This document shows, piece after piece, positions 1 through 9,325 of a stretch of DNA of 64,000 bases; position 1 is the stretch's first letter; each line of letters starts with the position of its first letter. The position numbers and the translations under genes are program-made. The notes below the pieces were generated by a model. That model was not told the DNA's origin, did not search any database, and saw nothing but the letters and a program-made list of their open reading frames with translations. This DNA is from Amoebidium appalachense (Eukaryota; Protista; Ichthyosporea): assembly GCA_963693365.1 (NCBI GenBank), contig CAVNZM010000005.1, forward strand, positions 3,409,716-3,473,715. The letters run 5' to 3'.

Positions 1-77
1 TACCCACATCCATAATTACCATCACTATGTCAATGGCACTTCATGTCCTCCTCTTGGTTTGAAACCGTACGATCAGC

Positions 78-1236
78 TTATGCCAAGTCCAGCACTGGCC
101 AACCCTCCTCGCCCGCCAATCCGTTCCACTTCTCCATGACCAGCTTGAACATGTCGTAGTTGTTGGCGAGCCCCTCACAGTTGCTGAGACGCATTGTTGC
201 AGCAGACTCGCGCACCAGACTCTTGAACGCACCCTCCATGGCCGCTGCCATTGCCTTGTCCTGCGCGGCCAGCGCAAACAACACCCCGTTGAGCACGATT
301 CGACGCATCTTTTCGCGGCGGTAGCGGCGCGCAATGCTCTGCCCCGTGCAGCCAAACATCAGGGTGGAGTCCAGGGCATCGACGAAATAGAAGCACGGGC
401 CGCCGCGCGCCTCGGCTGTGTGGCGGGCGTTGAGCTGGCGCGTCAGGTAGTAGCGCTCGTCCAGCCGCTTCGTCAGCGCGTTGGCCTCCTTGGCCTGCTC
501 GTGGAGGAGACGGGTGTGTGCCAGCAGCGTCTCGCGGCGCTCGCGCTCCTCGGCCACTGCCTTCTCGGTCTCGAGCTGGATGGTCGTCTGCTTCTCGCGC
601 TCGATTAGGACTTCAGGCGTTGTGTTTCGCGCAATCGTGACACGCTCAAACAGCCCCACAGCAGCCTCGAGTGTGACTGTGCCAGAGTTAACAAAGTACT
701 CCAGCTGGGCAGGAGTGTAGGTGACAGGCGGTGCGGTGGGGACAGATGCAGCAGCAAAGGCCTGGGCGCTTGAGGGATCGGCGGCGGCCACGGCACGGTT
801 CTGAGCAATCTCGGACACGAGACTGTCGTCGCCTCCAAGGTAGCGCACGAACACGTCCGCGCACTTTTCGCGGAAAGCTGCGGCCTTTGCACCAGGAAGC
901 GCGTTTATCAGCTTGACCACCTGCTTGGCAGGTCAGACCAACCGATTCGTTCCGCCCATCAAACTTCCAACGTCTGAAAAATTCAGACGTTGATTCCGAA
1001 ATTGCCCATGGCTGCTTCTGCTGGTACTCCCAGGCATTGAGTGCAGTCTTGCGGTCGCATGTGTTGACAGCCATGATGATGTCGCTTGCGCTGGCAAGGG
1101 GCGGGTCCGTAAGGCATGTGCGCACGCTTCGGCCGGCGAACTCGCCGTTGGCAAATGTGAACCGCTGCACGTCGAGACGGGCGCGTTTGGCGGACACCGT
1201 GTCGCCTTCACGGTCAGCTTTCCTCTGGGCGTCCAT
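78..1236 (-). pseudogene. Bro-N/KilA-N-like NCLDV-type DNA-binding protein with coiled coil, interrupted by a +1 frameshift near 930
   Basis: Frame 1 reads MDAQRK..SVRTCLTDPPLASASDIIMAV..RRWKFDGRNESVGLT. It continues in the next frame as AKQVVKLINALPGAKAAAFREKCADVFVRYLGGDDSLVSEI, a motif I recognise from giant-virus Bro-N-like proteins. ATG 1236 to stop 78 spans 1159 nt (3n+1). Confidence 0.65.
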
Positions 1237-1680
1237 GCTCGTGGTGTAAGGGGGTGGAGACGGTGACATGAGGAATGGCTGTCTTTTTGACGAGTGCATC
1301 ACTTAAGGGAGAGAAAATATCGTTTGGGCCCAACCTGCTCTGAACCCCCTTTGCCCTCCATCCTGCCTTTATACCCCCCTTCCCCAAGGGTCTGGCGTTG
1401 CCCCTGGCCCGGGAATTGGAAGTGGCGGAATTTTTCCCCCACTTCCCCTACTTCCTCCACAGCCCATTCCTTGGTCTTCTGGTACTACCAGGTTTGGGTT
1501 TTTATTCAAAAAGCGACACAGATATAATCAGCCAGCACAGCGGCCAATAAATAAACAAGCCTTTCTCCCGGAAGCACATCAACCAACTTCCAAGCCCTCT
1601 CATGCTAACACCATCCCATCAAACCAACCCCCATCTAGCTCATGCTAACACCACCCCATCAACCCACCCCCCCTCAGCCC

Positions 1681-2544
1681 TCACTCAAGCTCCGCAACAA
1701 CCTTCATCACCCAATCATACCCCTCCCGCAGGCGCTGCTCAATCATCTCCATGTCCTGAACAAAATAGTGGTTGCCCTCATCCCACCAAACGGGAACCTC
1801 CACCGCCCACTCATCGATCGATGCCGCAAGAGCAGAGTCTCTCTCCTCCGCCCCCCACACATCGTCCGAGTCGATACGTTTCCCGGGAGGGTACTTCGGA
1901 TCCCTCTGCACTCGATCAAACAGAAATATCTCGCACTGCCGGAGCACGTTGCCACTTGCAAGCTCCCCGGGTGTGAGCGCAAAGGGGACGAGGTTTGGAC
2001 GGGGAGAACCCGGGGGGCGGGGAACGTAGGCGAACTGGCCGGGCCCCTCCCCGCCCTGGCGGCGGTGGACACGTTCGGCAATCCGATGGCGCAGCGCTTG
2101 CTTGTTGCGCTCCACAGCATCCTCCGCCGACCAAAAACCCACATACCCGTCCTTAACTGCCCGAGCCGCCTCTGCCATGTCGTGGAGCGCCTGCGCCACC
2201 GCCCGTGCCTTAGCCGCGCCCACGACGTTGCGCCCAGGCTGCTGCAGGTACTTGCGCAGACCCGGCACGACGGACTGTGCAGCCACGGCACACCCCCCGA
2301 ACTCCGTGACCAACGGACGCACCTTATCGCGCGCGGGCCCGACGGCGTTCTCTGCGGCGACGAGGGCAAGGATGGCGTCCTGGCAGTGCTTTAATTCCCT
2401 GCACACCTTCACATGCGAGGGGATCTGGTCGCTGTGCATGTCAGCGACACAAGCGCGGCACTTGACCATGTATTTGTCCTTGGTGTTCTTAGTGAAAAGG
2501 TGATCGGTCAGCCATTTGTAGCTGCGCTTGCCTACTTGTTCCAT
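1681..2544 (-). CDS. Hypothetical protein with an N-terminal BED-like zinc finger
   Basis: Long ORF with first ATG at 2544 (MEQVGKRSYKW). It has CRAC-x11-H-x3-C near the N-terminus and an acidic C-terminal region with no recognisable family. Confidence 0.65.
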   Translation of the reverse strand: MEQVGKRSYKWLTDHLFTKNTKDKYMVKCRACVADMHSDQIPSHVKVCRELKHCQDAILALVAAENAVGPARDKVRPLVTEFGGCAVAAQSVVPGLRKYLQQPGRNVVGAAKARAVAQALHDMAEAARAVKDGYVGFWSAEDAVERNKQALRHRIAERVHRRQGGEGPGQFAYVPRPPGSPRPNLVPFALTPGELASGNVLRQCEIFLFDRVQRDPKYPPGKRIDSDDVWGAEERDSALAASIDEWAVEVPVWWDEGNHYFVQDMEMIEQRLREGYDWVMKVVAELE

Positions 2545-3543
2545 GGTGTGTGTGTGTGTAGAAATGGGGGGTGCAAAGCGAAAAATCAGTAAAAGGCGAC
2601 CTAACAAGCGACTTCAAAGCCTTTGATGTTGACACTACAGAAGGTGTGTGAAAGTGACACCCTATCAGCTGTGCCGTGCCCTTAGAAGCCAATTCCCAAC
2701 TGATGCTGACGAAATGATATCCGATTGGTCAATTAAACAATGCTGCAGTCACGCGTTTGATTGGGAGAATGCTTTCAGATCCAGATCACCAAACTGCACG
2801 ATTGGCTGCTGGGGATTGGATCACACCCAATTCAAGATCCAATCAGATCCCGCGAAGAGCAGGCAATGCCAGTGCTTCAAGATTTTTCAATGACAGCTGA
2901 TGCCTTTTTCTCTTCTATCCCTTAGAACCAAACATAAGAATAAAATCAAACGTTTTATACCTAATTTCATATTCAAGATAGTTTTATAAACAATTCGGTC
3001 ACATTTCTAATAGAAATCGCGAAGAAATAGTCCTATCAACGATTACAAACAGATTCTGAAACCTTGGTCAGGATCTTGAACGCTTTCGACCAATCAGATC
3101 GAATAGCGGGGTAGCCAACTGCGCGCTGCTTTGGCCGTTTATTGGCACATCTGGCGCTGCTTTGGAACGAAGTTGCCTGTTCCGGGGGCCTGGGGGGCCT
3201 GGGGGGGGCGCCTGTGGCACACAGACCCGTGAGACCACTGTGCCATCCGTGCCTCGCGTGCCCCTCATGCCCCCAGGCCCCGCTCCTAGGAAAAAGCAAT
3301 CGGCGAACAGGGTCCACCCCCGGCACCTGTTCTCCAAGGATCCGGGAGACATGGTTGGGGATGCCATGGTGTTCTCTTGGGTTCCGGGAGACATGGGGGG
3401 GACCGGCGATGCTGTTCTCTAGCAAAATGCGGGCCAAACGTTCATGGGCACTGCCGTGTTCTCTCTGGTTTGTGGAGAAATCGGTGGACTGGGTAGGGGG
3501 CAGGAGAACAGGGTGGTGAACGCGCAGGTGGATATGGGCCGGG

Positions 3544-4410
3544 TTGTTGCCGTGTGACGTAAAGGTCGATTTTGATAGTTTGTGGTACTTTATCTGTCGG
3601 TTCAACACCGTGATGTCTCAACTCAGCGAAGGGGCGGTTGTGCGCTGCCTCCACCTGGTGCGCACGTTTTTGGATAACGATAAGAGCAGCGCTTTGTTCA
3701 TGCAGGGATACACAACGCACCACCTAGTGTTATACATCAAGCACCTGATGGAATTGGAAATAAACGAAAAGGTCCCAGTCGAACACATTGAGAGGCTGAT
3801 CTCCTGCCCCGATGAAATGTCCGAACACACGCGCTCATCGAAGAAACTGAAAAACGTCGTTATAGCAGTTCGCGAGCTGTTCCCCACACCGTGGGTTTGG
3901 AAGGGGATTGATCCAGGCACGTTTACGGTGGAGCTCGCTAGGGAGGTCCATCGCAAGGTCATGGACGGGCTGCTCGATAGCGCTGGAAGGTATCGGGTGC
4001 GCTTTGCGCTTCCCGCAGGCTGCAGTCATCAGTACCTTGCACCGTTCAAGATCGAAGAGGCTCTCAAGCGCCTGTTCGAAAGGACACGCACCGAACTCCA
4101 AGGCTGCAATGACGTTCTCGGTGCCATACAGGTCACTGCCCGTTTCCTCGGGGAGTTCCTCTACATCCACCCGTTCAGCAACGGCAACGGGCGCGTCGCC
4201 CGTCTGTTGGTCAGCGTGCTGCTCTCGCCCTATATTGCCGTTCCTCTCTCGTTGTACACAGACCGCAGCTCCCGCGAGCGCTACCACTCGCTGCTGCTGG
4301 CCGCGCAGAGCCAGCCGCCCCCCCACGACTACTCCGAGCTGGCGGCCTTCGTGCTGGACTGCGCAAGGGCAAACCTGGTCTCGGTGTGCAACGCCCTGGA
4401 TTTGGAATGA
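3544..4410 (+). CDS. Fic/DOC-domain protein (putative AMP transferase)
   Basis: Canonical Fic motif HPFSNGNGRVAR, plus the upstream HRKVM..AGRYR element. The start is uncertain: the first ATG is at 3613, and an in-frame TGA at 3517 separates it from upstream ATGs. Confidence 0.92.
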   Translation: MLPCDVKVDFDSLWYFICRFNTVMSQLSEGAVVRCLHLVRTFLDNDKSSALFMQGYTTHHLVLYIKHLMELEINEKVPVEHIERLISCPDEMSEHTRSSKKLKNVVIAVRELFPTPWVWKGIDPGTFTVELAREVHRKVMDGLLDSAGRYRVRFALPAGCSHQYLAPFKIEEALKRLFERTRTELQGCNDVLGAIQVTARFLGEFLYIHPFSNGNGRVARLLVSVLLSPYIAVPLSLYTDRSSRERYHSLLLAAQSQPPPHDYSELAAFVLDCARANLVSVCNALDLE

Positions 4411-5318
4411 AGCCGCCAACTCTTATCGCGCCCTACATCAACATGGACACACCCTCCCAAGCCAGGACACGTGTGCGGATCCTGCTGCCCGGGGGCGGCG
4501 TCAAGGGCTGCTTCCAAGTCGGGTTCATGCAGGGGATGCTCGCGTCGGGGCTGTACCAGGTCGACAGGGTGTACGGCACGTCCGTCGGCGCGCTGGTGGC
4601 GCCGTTCGTGGTTGCCGACCGCCTGGACGACCTGGCGCGCGAGCTGGGGACGCTGAAGTGCGTGGAGGACATTGTGGAACCGTGGGGCGGCGCAATGGCG
4701 CTGCTTCCGAAAAGTTGGAGGACGGTTGTGGGGTCAATGCTGTACGGGGCGGCGTACAGCCGCTTCACCCTGCAGGAGCGTGCGGCGGCGCTTCTGGAGG
4801 GCATCGACGCGGACATCTACACGCGCTGCCACTGCGTCGCTTGGGACTTCCTCAACAAGAAGGAGCGGTGGTTCACAGGGCCCGAGTACCAGGTCGGCAT
4901 GCGCGCGTCTTCGGCCCTTCCACTCGCGGTCCCCCCCGTCGAGTACGACGGCACCGTGTTTCTGGACGGCGGGGTCTCTGAGCTGGTGCCCCTCACCAAG
5001 GCACTCGAGGATGCCGCAGATGGGTTCGACGGCATCTACGTCACGGTGCTGTGCGACTCGCTGGCGCACTGCCCCGCAGAATCCGTGCCAAAAACGGGCA
5101 TGGAGCTCTGCTATGCTCTGCAGCGTGACTCGGGCACCGAGCTAGCGGCCACCGAGTTCGCCAACCTCCGCACCCGCCTCGGAGACCGCCTCGTGGTGGT
5201 CGCTCCGGAGCGGAGGCTGTTTGCGTCGCCCATGGACGTTGACCCCGGGAAGGTCGCGCAGGCGCTTGTGGATGGCCGCACGGCGTTTGCTGCCTGGGCC
5301 GCCGCGGCACGTCAATAA
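4407..5318 (+). CDS. Patatin-like phospholipase
   Basis: GGGVKG glycine loop, GTSVG nucleophile elbow, ASSALP and catalytic DGG are all intact. ATG 4407 overlaps the Fic stop codon (ATGA); an alternative ATG is at 4444. Confidence 0.93.
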   Translation: MKPPTLIAPYINMDTPSQARTRVRILLPGGGVKGCFQVGFMQGMLASGLYQVDRVYGTSVGALVAPFVVADRLDDLARELGTLKCVEDIVEPWGGAMALLPKSWRTVVGSMLYGAAYSRFTLQERAAALLEGIDADIYTRCHCVAWDFLNKKERWFTGPEYQVGMRASSALPLAVPPVEYDGTVFLDGGVSELVPLTKALEDAADGFDGIYVTVLCDSLAHCPAESVPKTGMELCYALQRDSGTELAATEFANLRTRLGDRLVVVAPERRLFASPMDVDPGKVAQALVDGRTAFAAWAAAARQ

Positions 5319-5495
5319 ACCCGGGTCCAGTCCATATCTGCCACCCATCCGGGCCTGGGGGGCTGGGTGGCTGGGGGTGGCCGGGGGTGGCTGGGGGGGG
5401 GCTCCTGTGTCCCCCCAGCGCACGTGCCTCGCCCGCCTCCTGGTCCTTCCGTGCCCCACTTGCCACTCCCAGCCCCCCAAGCCCCGGGCGCAGTG

Positions 5496-6164
5496 TCACT
5501 GCCAGTGGCTAATTGCCCTTATTTTTGCAAAGGATACCCTGTATCCTTTTGCTATGGTTGACCCAGGTACATAAACACTCACACGCTCTCCGAGCACCTG
5601 CCTGAGAGTCCTGCCCATGGTGTTGACACTAGCCTTGCTGTGGTCTTTGCCATTTTTCTGGCACCAGACCTGGAAAATTGGTAGAAGGGTGGCGGAATCA
5701 GTGATAGTGCCATCCTTGATGTGTGGAGTATCACCATCGGTAACCAAACTCTTGAGAAACAGCACGTAGTCCTCCCGGCAGAGGGTAATCTCAGGAAGAT
5801 CACATACAACTGGCTGCATCTCAGACTTTGGAGGGCAAGCCTGTGACCCCCACATTAGCTCCATTACATCCTGCTCGACTGTTACTCGTATACCCAGACG
5901 AGACATTGTCTCAACTGCCACTCTGAACACCTCGATCGGTGCTGTATCAAATAGGTGAATTCTTGGACGATGTTTAGGATAGAACCCCCAATAGGATAGC
6001 ACCTGCCCAATGGCGGACTTCCATTTGGAAGCACGCTTAACTTCGATGATTTCGGTGCTCGTCAAAAGGTCAATTCGTCCAGCTGGAGTTAAGACCTCGG
6101 TAGTCCCCCCTTCTATTTGTGCTAGTCTGTCTCTGACAGACGCCTCGTCGTAGTCGGCCATCAT
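5496..6164 (-). CDS. PD-(D/E)xK nuclease-like protein with a C-terminal D5-type winged-helix domain
   Basis: EVLTPAGRIDLLTSTEIIEVKRASKWKSAIGQVLSY..YPKHRPRIHLF fits the restriction-fold nuclease family seen in giant viruses and cyanobacteria. The C-terminal IFQVWCQKNG..NTMGRTLRQVLG resembles the helicase C-terminus. Confidence 0.8.
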   Translation of the reverse strand: MMADYDEASVRDRLAQIEGGTTEVLTPAGRIDLLTSTEIIEVKRASKWKSAIGQVLSYWGFYPKHRPRIHLFDTAPIEVFRVAVETMSRLGIRVTVEQDVMELMWGSQACPPKSEMQPVVCDLPEITLCREDYVLFLKSLVTDGDTPHIKDGTITDSATLLPIFQVWCQKNGKDHSKASVNTMGRTLRQVLGERVSVYVPGSTIAKGYRVSFAKIRAISHWQ

Positions 6165-6352
6165 ATAAGCACAAAGAAAAAAAAACATCAAGCCCAAGCG
6201 AGCCGCCGGTGAGCCACCGTGCCTCCCCGTCCTCCCCGGCCCCATGCTTAGTGTGCCACCCCCAGCCACCCCCAGCCCCCCATGCCCCGCCGCGGTAGCT
6301 TTGAAAGCTGTTTTCAGACTAAGTGCAAGACCTGCTTGCTCGTCTCTGACGT

Positions 6353-6823
6353 TTATTGGATGTCGACATGGTGTTTTCGGATGTGATACCAGAGACTGGC
6401 TCGCTGGCGATATGACACCTGGCAGCCTGGTTCCTTACATTGGTATGGGCGGTCTCCAGTGTGGCGATTCATGTGCACTACGAGTGCGTCTTTACTATTA
6501 AAGTTGGCTTCACAACCATCCCATGTGCATTTAAATGCTCTTGCATCTGTGTGCTTGTACTGGTGCATTTTTAGTTGGCTTTTACATCTAAACACAGCTT
6601 TACACCCATCCCAACTGCATTGGTATGGTGCTTCCCCCGTGTGAAGCCGATAGTGAACCTCGAACGAGTGTTTCTGTGTAAATCTTCTTATGCACCCTGG
6701 CCACGAACAGACATGAGGACGGTGACCCAGGTGTGTGAGAGTGTGTCGCCTGAGTGCTGCATTACTATCAAAAGGCATTTTACAAGTCTCCCAATCACAC
6801 ACAAAGGCTAGTTGCGCCTCCAT
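6353..6823 (-). CDS. C2H2 zinc-finger protein (5 fingers, CxWxGC type)
   Basis: Five Cx4C-x12-Hx3-4H units with TGEAPY/TGDRPY linkers. Confidence 0.92.
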   Translation of the reverse strand: MEAQLAFVCDWETCKMPFDSNAALRRHTLTHLGHRPHVCSWPGCIRRFTQKHSFEVHYRLHTGEAPYQCSWDGCKAVFRCKSQLKMHQYKHTDARAFKCTWDGCEANFNSKDALVVHMNRHTGDRPYQCKEPGCQVSYRQRASLWYHIRKHHVDIQ

Positions 6824-6968
6824 GTTTCACTGTAAACTCTGGATAAAAAAAAAAATATTAACCATCTGGACTGATCGGGGGTTCTCTGATGTCGATTATC
6901 GCAACCCCCAAAACACCCTATCCTCCAATCAAATGGCTCCGTTTTTTGACCTCCTCTTAGCTCAAACC

Positions 6969-7132
6969 CTCTCCCGACCTCCCGATTCTCCCGATAAAAT
7001 AACCTTATATAGAAGCAGTAAGAAATCAATTAGAAAAACTGCAAAGTTACGTGACTTTTAACCAATCATTATCTCCCGATATCTCCCGATGTTGGATTTC
7101 GATCGGGAGATCGATCTGGAGATATCGGGAGA
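6969..7132. promoter_or_regulatory. TCCCGA iteron cluster with AT-rich spacer and 15-bp inverted repeat (candidate replication origin)
   Basis: Three TCCCGA copies at 6970-6994, then an AT-rich stretch, then TCTCCCGATATCTCC (7072-7086) and its perfect complement (7118-7132). It lies immediately 3' of the helicase stop. Confidence 0.5.
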
Positions 7133-7137
7133 ATTGT

Positions 7138-8664
7138 TCAAGCCTTAGCAATGGCTCTTGGGCATAATATATAGCAATCTGCCTTCGCGCTGGTACCGGT
7201 TGGGGGGTGGTATGGCCATCTGCAGATGTTTGCTTCCAGTGTAGTCTTCGGCTTGCCCAGAATTTTCCTGATAGCCATCCCAAAAGTCCGGTTGCTTGGC
7301 AGTTTTGTGTCTCGGGCATTGATCTTGTGCCAAGCTTGGTACAGCTGAAACAGGCCTGTAGGGGTAACAGCACAGCCGCTGTAAATGAAGTCAAACTCCT
7401 CACAGCCATTTGTGTGAGAGATGAGGTCCTTGAGAAATTGAGCCTCGTCGCTCCGGCTAATCGATTTGATGTTCATCTTTGTGTCGTTATCCATAGGCCT
7501 GGGCATTGTTTGGGGGATGTCTGGCATGTTCATGAAGTCGTGGTAAATTGCTGCCAATACGTCAGGACGTCTGTGATACTCCACAAAGGCCTCGAAGTAT
7601 TTGTGGTCACCAATCCGTTCCGGACTGACCCCAAAACATGCCCAACGCCTATCACTGGTCTCCACACGTACAGGCCAATCTTCGTTAGACAAGACAACAT
7701 ATCGCTCATACGAGTTGGTGTTGATTGCATCACATCCTTTCTTCTCCAACATCATGGTGGGCTGTGTAATGCGCGCCTTCATTAAGTTGTTAGTTTCGTG
7801 TGAACCACCCCACGTCACCTCGTCGCACAGCACAAGAAGTTTGTTTGCAATGTGCTGGTTGAACTTTCCCGACATGTGCTCCCGGTGAATGACATAGGCG
7901 TAGTACTCTGGTGAAAGGATGTCCATGATTGCCTGCCACCACACGTTCTTTCCGGTTCCTTGTTCAGATACAAACAGCAGTGCTGTACCTGGTTTGCTTC
8001 CAGGGTACTGAAACAGGTGGGCAACCCACATCCGCAGATAACTGTACTCGTCTTCCCGGTTGTTGCACAGAACCCTTCTGGCATGCTCGTGGAACGAGCT
8101 GGTCAGGTCTTGACGCAGACAGTACTCTGGGTCAAAATTGAAACGGAGTCCTCGATAGATATTGTATGGACGATAGACCGAATCGGTATTGTCTGGCTTT
8201 CGTTTTCCGGTTTTGGGGTCAGGATCAGCTGGGTCAAAGATGATCTTGGTGTAGATGGGGATTGCGGTTGTTTTTAAGATTTCTGTCCCATTAATTGGAG
8301 GTTGGGGCTTCCATTGTTTTCCAACCTTCATGTTTGGCTGCCGAAATGAAAAGAGTGAAAGTGTTGCATAGATTTCCTGCTTGCTGACGATCTTTGCAAC
8401 ATGCTGTTTAATCTCATGGTCAAATGTTTTCAGGACAAATAGAGTTGTCCCGCTGATGTGTGCAACATTGGCGCCTATGAATTCCTCCACCTCCTCTCTC
8501 GCCCACTCTCTGAATTCGCAGGTCGCTGGGTTCATCATCAGCCCCTTATAGGCATCAGCCCCGAGATACTCAAATGCTTCAAAGCGCTCTTTGCTTCTCT
8601 TTCTGATACGCTCTTGATCGATGCCAAACATTGTCTCTTGTCCAGTTTGTTGGTGTGTCTGCAT
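7138..8664 (-). CDS. D5-like superfamily 3 helicase/NTPase (no primase domain visible)
   Basis: Walker A SEQGTGKN, Walker B LVLCDE, motif C VVLSN, arginine finger SDRR, and C-terminal winged helix LYQAW..SNRTFGMAIRKILG. Confidence 0.92.
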   Translation of the reverse strand: MQTHQQTGQETMFGIDQERIRKRSKERFEAFEYLGADAYKGLMMNPATCEFREWAREEVEEFIGANVAHISGTTLFVLKTFDHEIKQHVAKIVSKQEIYATLSLFSFRQPNMKVGKQWKPQPPINGTEILKTTAIPIYTKIIFDPADPDPKTGKRKPDNTDSVYRPYNIYRGLRFNFDPEYCLRQDLTSSFHEHARRVLCNNREDEYSYLRMWVAHLFQYPGSKPGTALLFVSEQGTGKNVWWQAIMDILSPEYYAYVIHREHMSGKFNQHIANKLLVLCDEVTWGGSHETNNLMKARITQPTMMLEKKGCDAINTNSYERYVVLSNEDWPVRVETSDRRWACFGVSPERIGDHKYFEAFVEYHRRPDVLAAIYHDFMNMPDIPQTMPRPMDNDTKMNIKSISRSDEAQFLKDLISHTNGCEEFDFIYSGCAVTPTGLFQLYQAWHKINARDTKLPSNRTFGMAIRKILGKPKTTLEANICRWPYHPPTGTSAKADCYILCPRAIAKA

Positions 8665-8769
8665 TATTAGTATTGCTGAGAAAATATTTACGCAGGGACA
8701 CTGCTGGAAAATACTGAATTTTCTGCCTTTTATACCCTTGGGGTTGGGGCTGCCGGGTCCAGAAAACTC

Positions 8770-9264
8770 TCAATTTTTCGATGCGTCGCCCTGGAAAATG
8801 TTGAACGTCCGGCTATGGGTAGACGTGTAACGCGGGTTGCGAACGCCAGTCTCGGGATCGGGGTCGTTGCGGTCGAAGACGATGCCACCGTGGTAAACGA
8901 CCATATGACTGCTGTCCAAGTGCCACGATCCCTTGTATATCTTTATCTTCTTGCCTGTCGGGTTGTATTTGAACTTGTACTTGGACAGCATGTCGGCCAC
9001 ATTCTTCTTCGACTTGATCTCGAAGACGAATCTCCCATCCTTGAAACGCTTGAAGATGTACGCACCGTCCGGGTGGGAATATGCCACCAGAGTACGGCAG
9101 AACGTATGAATCTGCTCCTCCGTCCACTCGTGTTGCTCAACGATGTCCGCGTCCAACCAGTTGTTGCGAGTGCCTGTTGTCCTCTCAAACTCCTCGTATG
9201 CTGCAAGCTTGAGCTGCTCGTTCTCGGACATACCCGTTGCTATCTTCATGTACAGATCTTCCAT
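8770..9264 (-). CDS. Stand-alone paralogue of the helicase N-terminal domain
   Basis: IVFDRNDPDPETGVRNP..RTFNIFQG aligns with helicase IIFDPADPDPKTGKRKP..RPYNIYRG, and EWTEEQIHTF aligns with EWAREEVEEF. ATG 9264 is preferred because TATAAA lies ~60 nt upstream; the ORF is open to 9378. Confidence 0.75.
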   Translation of the reverse strand: MEDLYMKIATGMSENEQLKLAAYEEFERTTGTRNNWLDADIVEQHEWTEEQIHTFCRTLVAYSHPDGAYIFKRFKDGRFVFEIKSKKNVADMLSKYKFKYNPTGKKIKIYKGSWHLDSSHMVVYHGGIVFDRNDPDPETGVRNPRYTSTHSRTFNIFQGDASKN

Positions 9265-9325
9265 GTTGTCCGTTGTATATATGGTTAGATAATATCTGAC
9301 GGGTGTCGCCTTGTGTTTGGGGTAT

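Noticed and set aside
1642-5145. Long antisense or alternative-frame ORFs over element genes (e.g. 1642-2394, 3908-4981)
   Set aside because: Shadow ORFs of GC-rich genes; the ATG-initiated or motif-bearing frames are the ones annotated.
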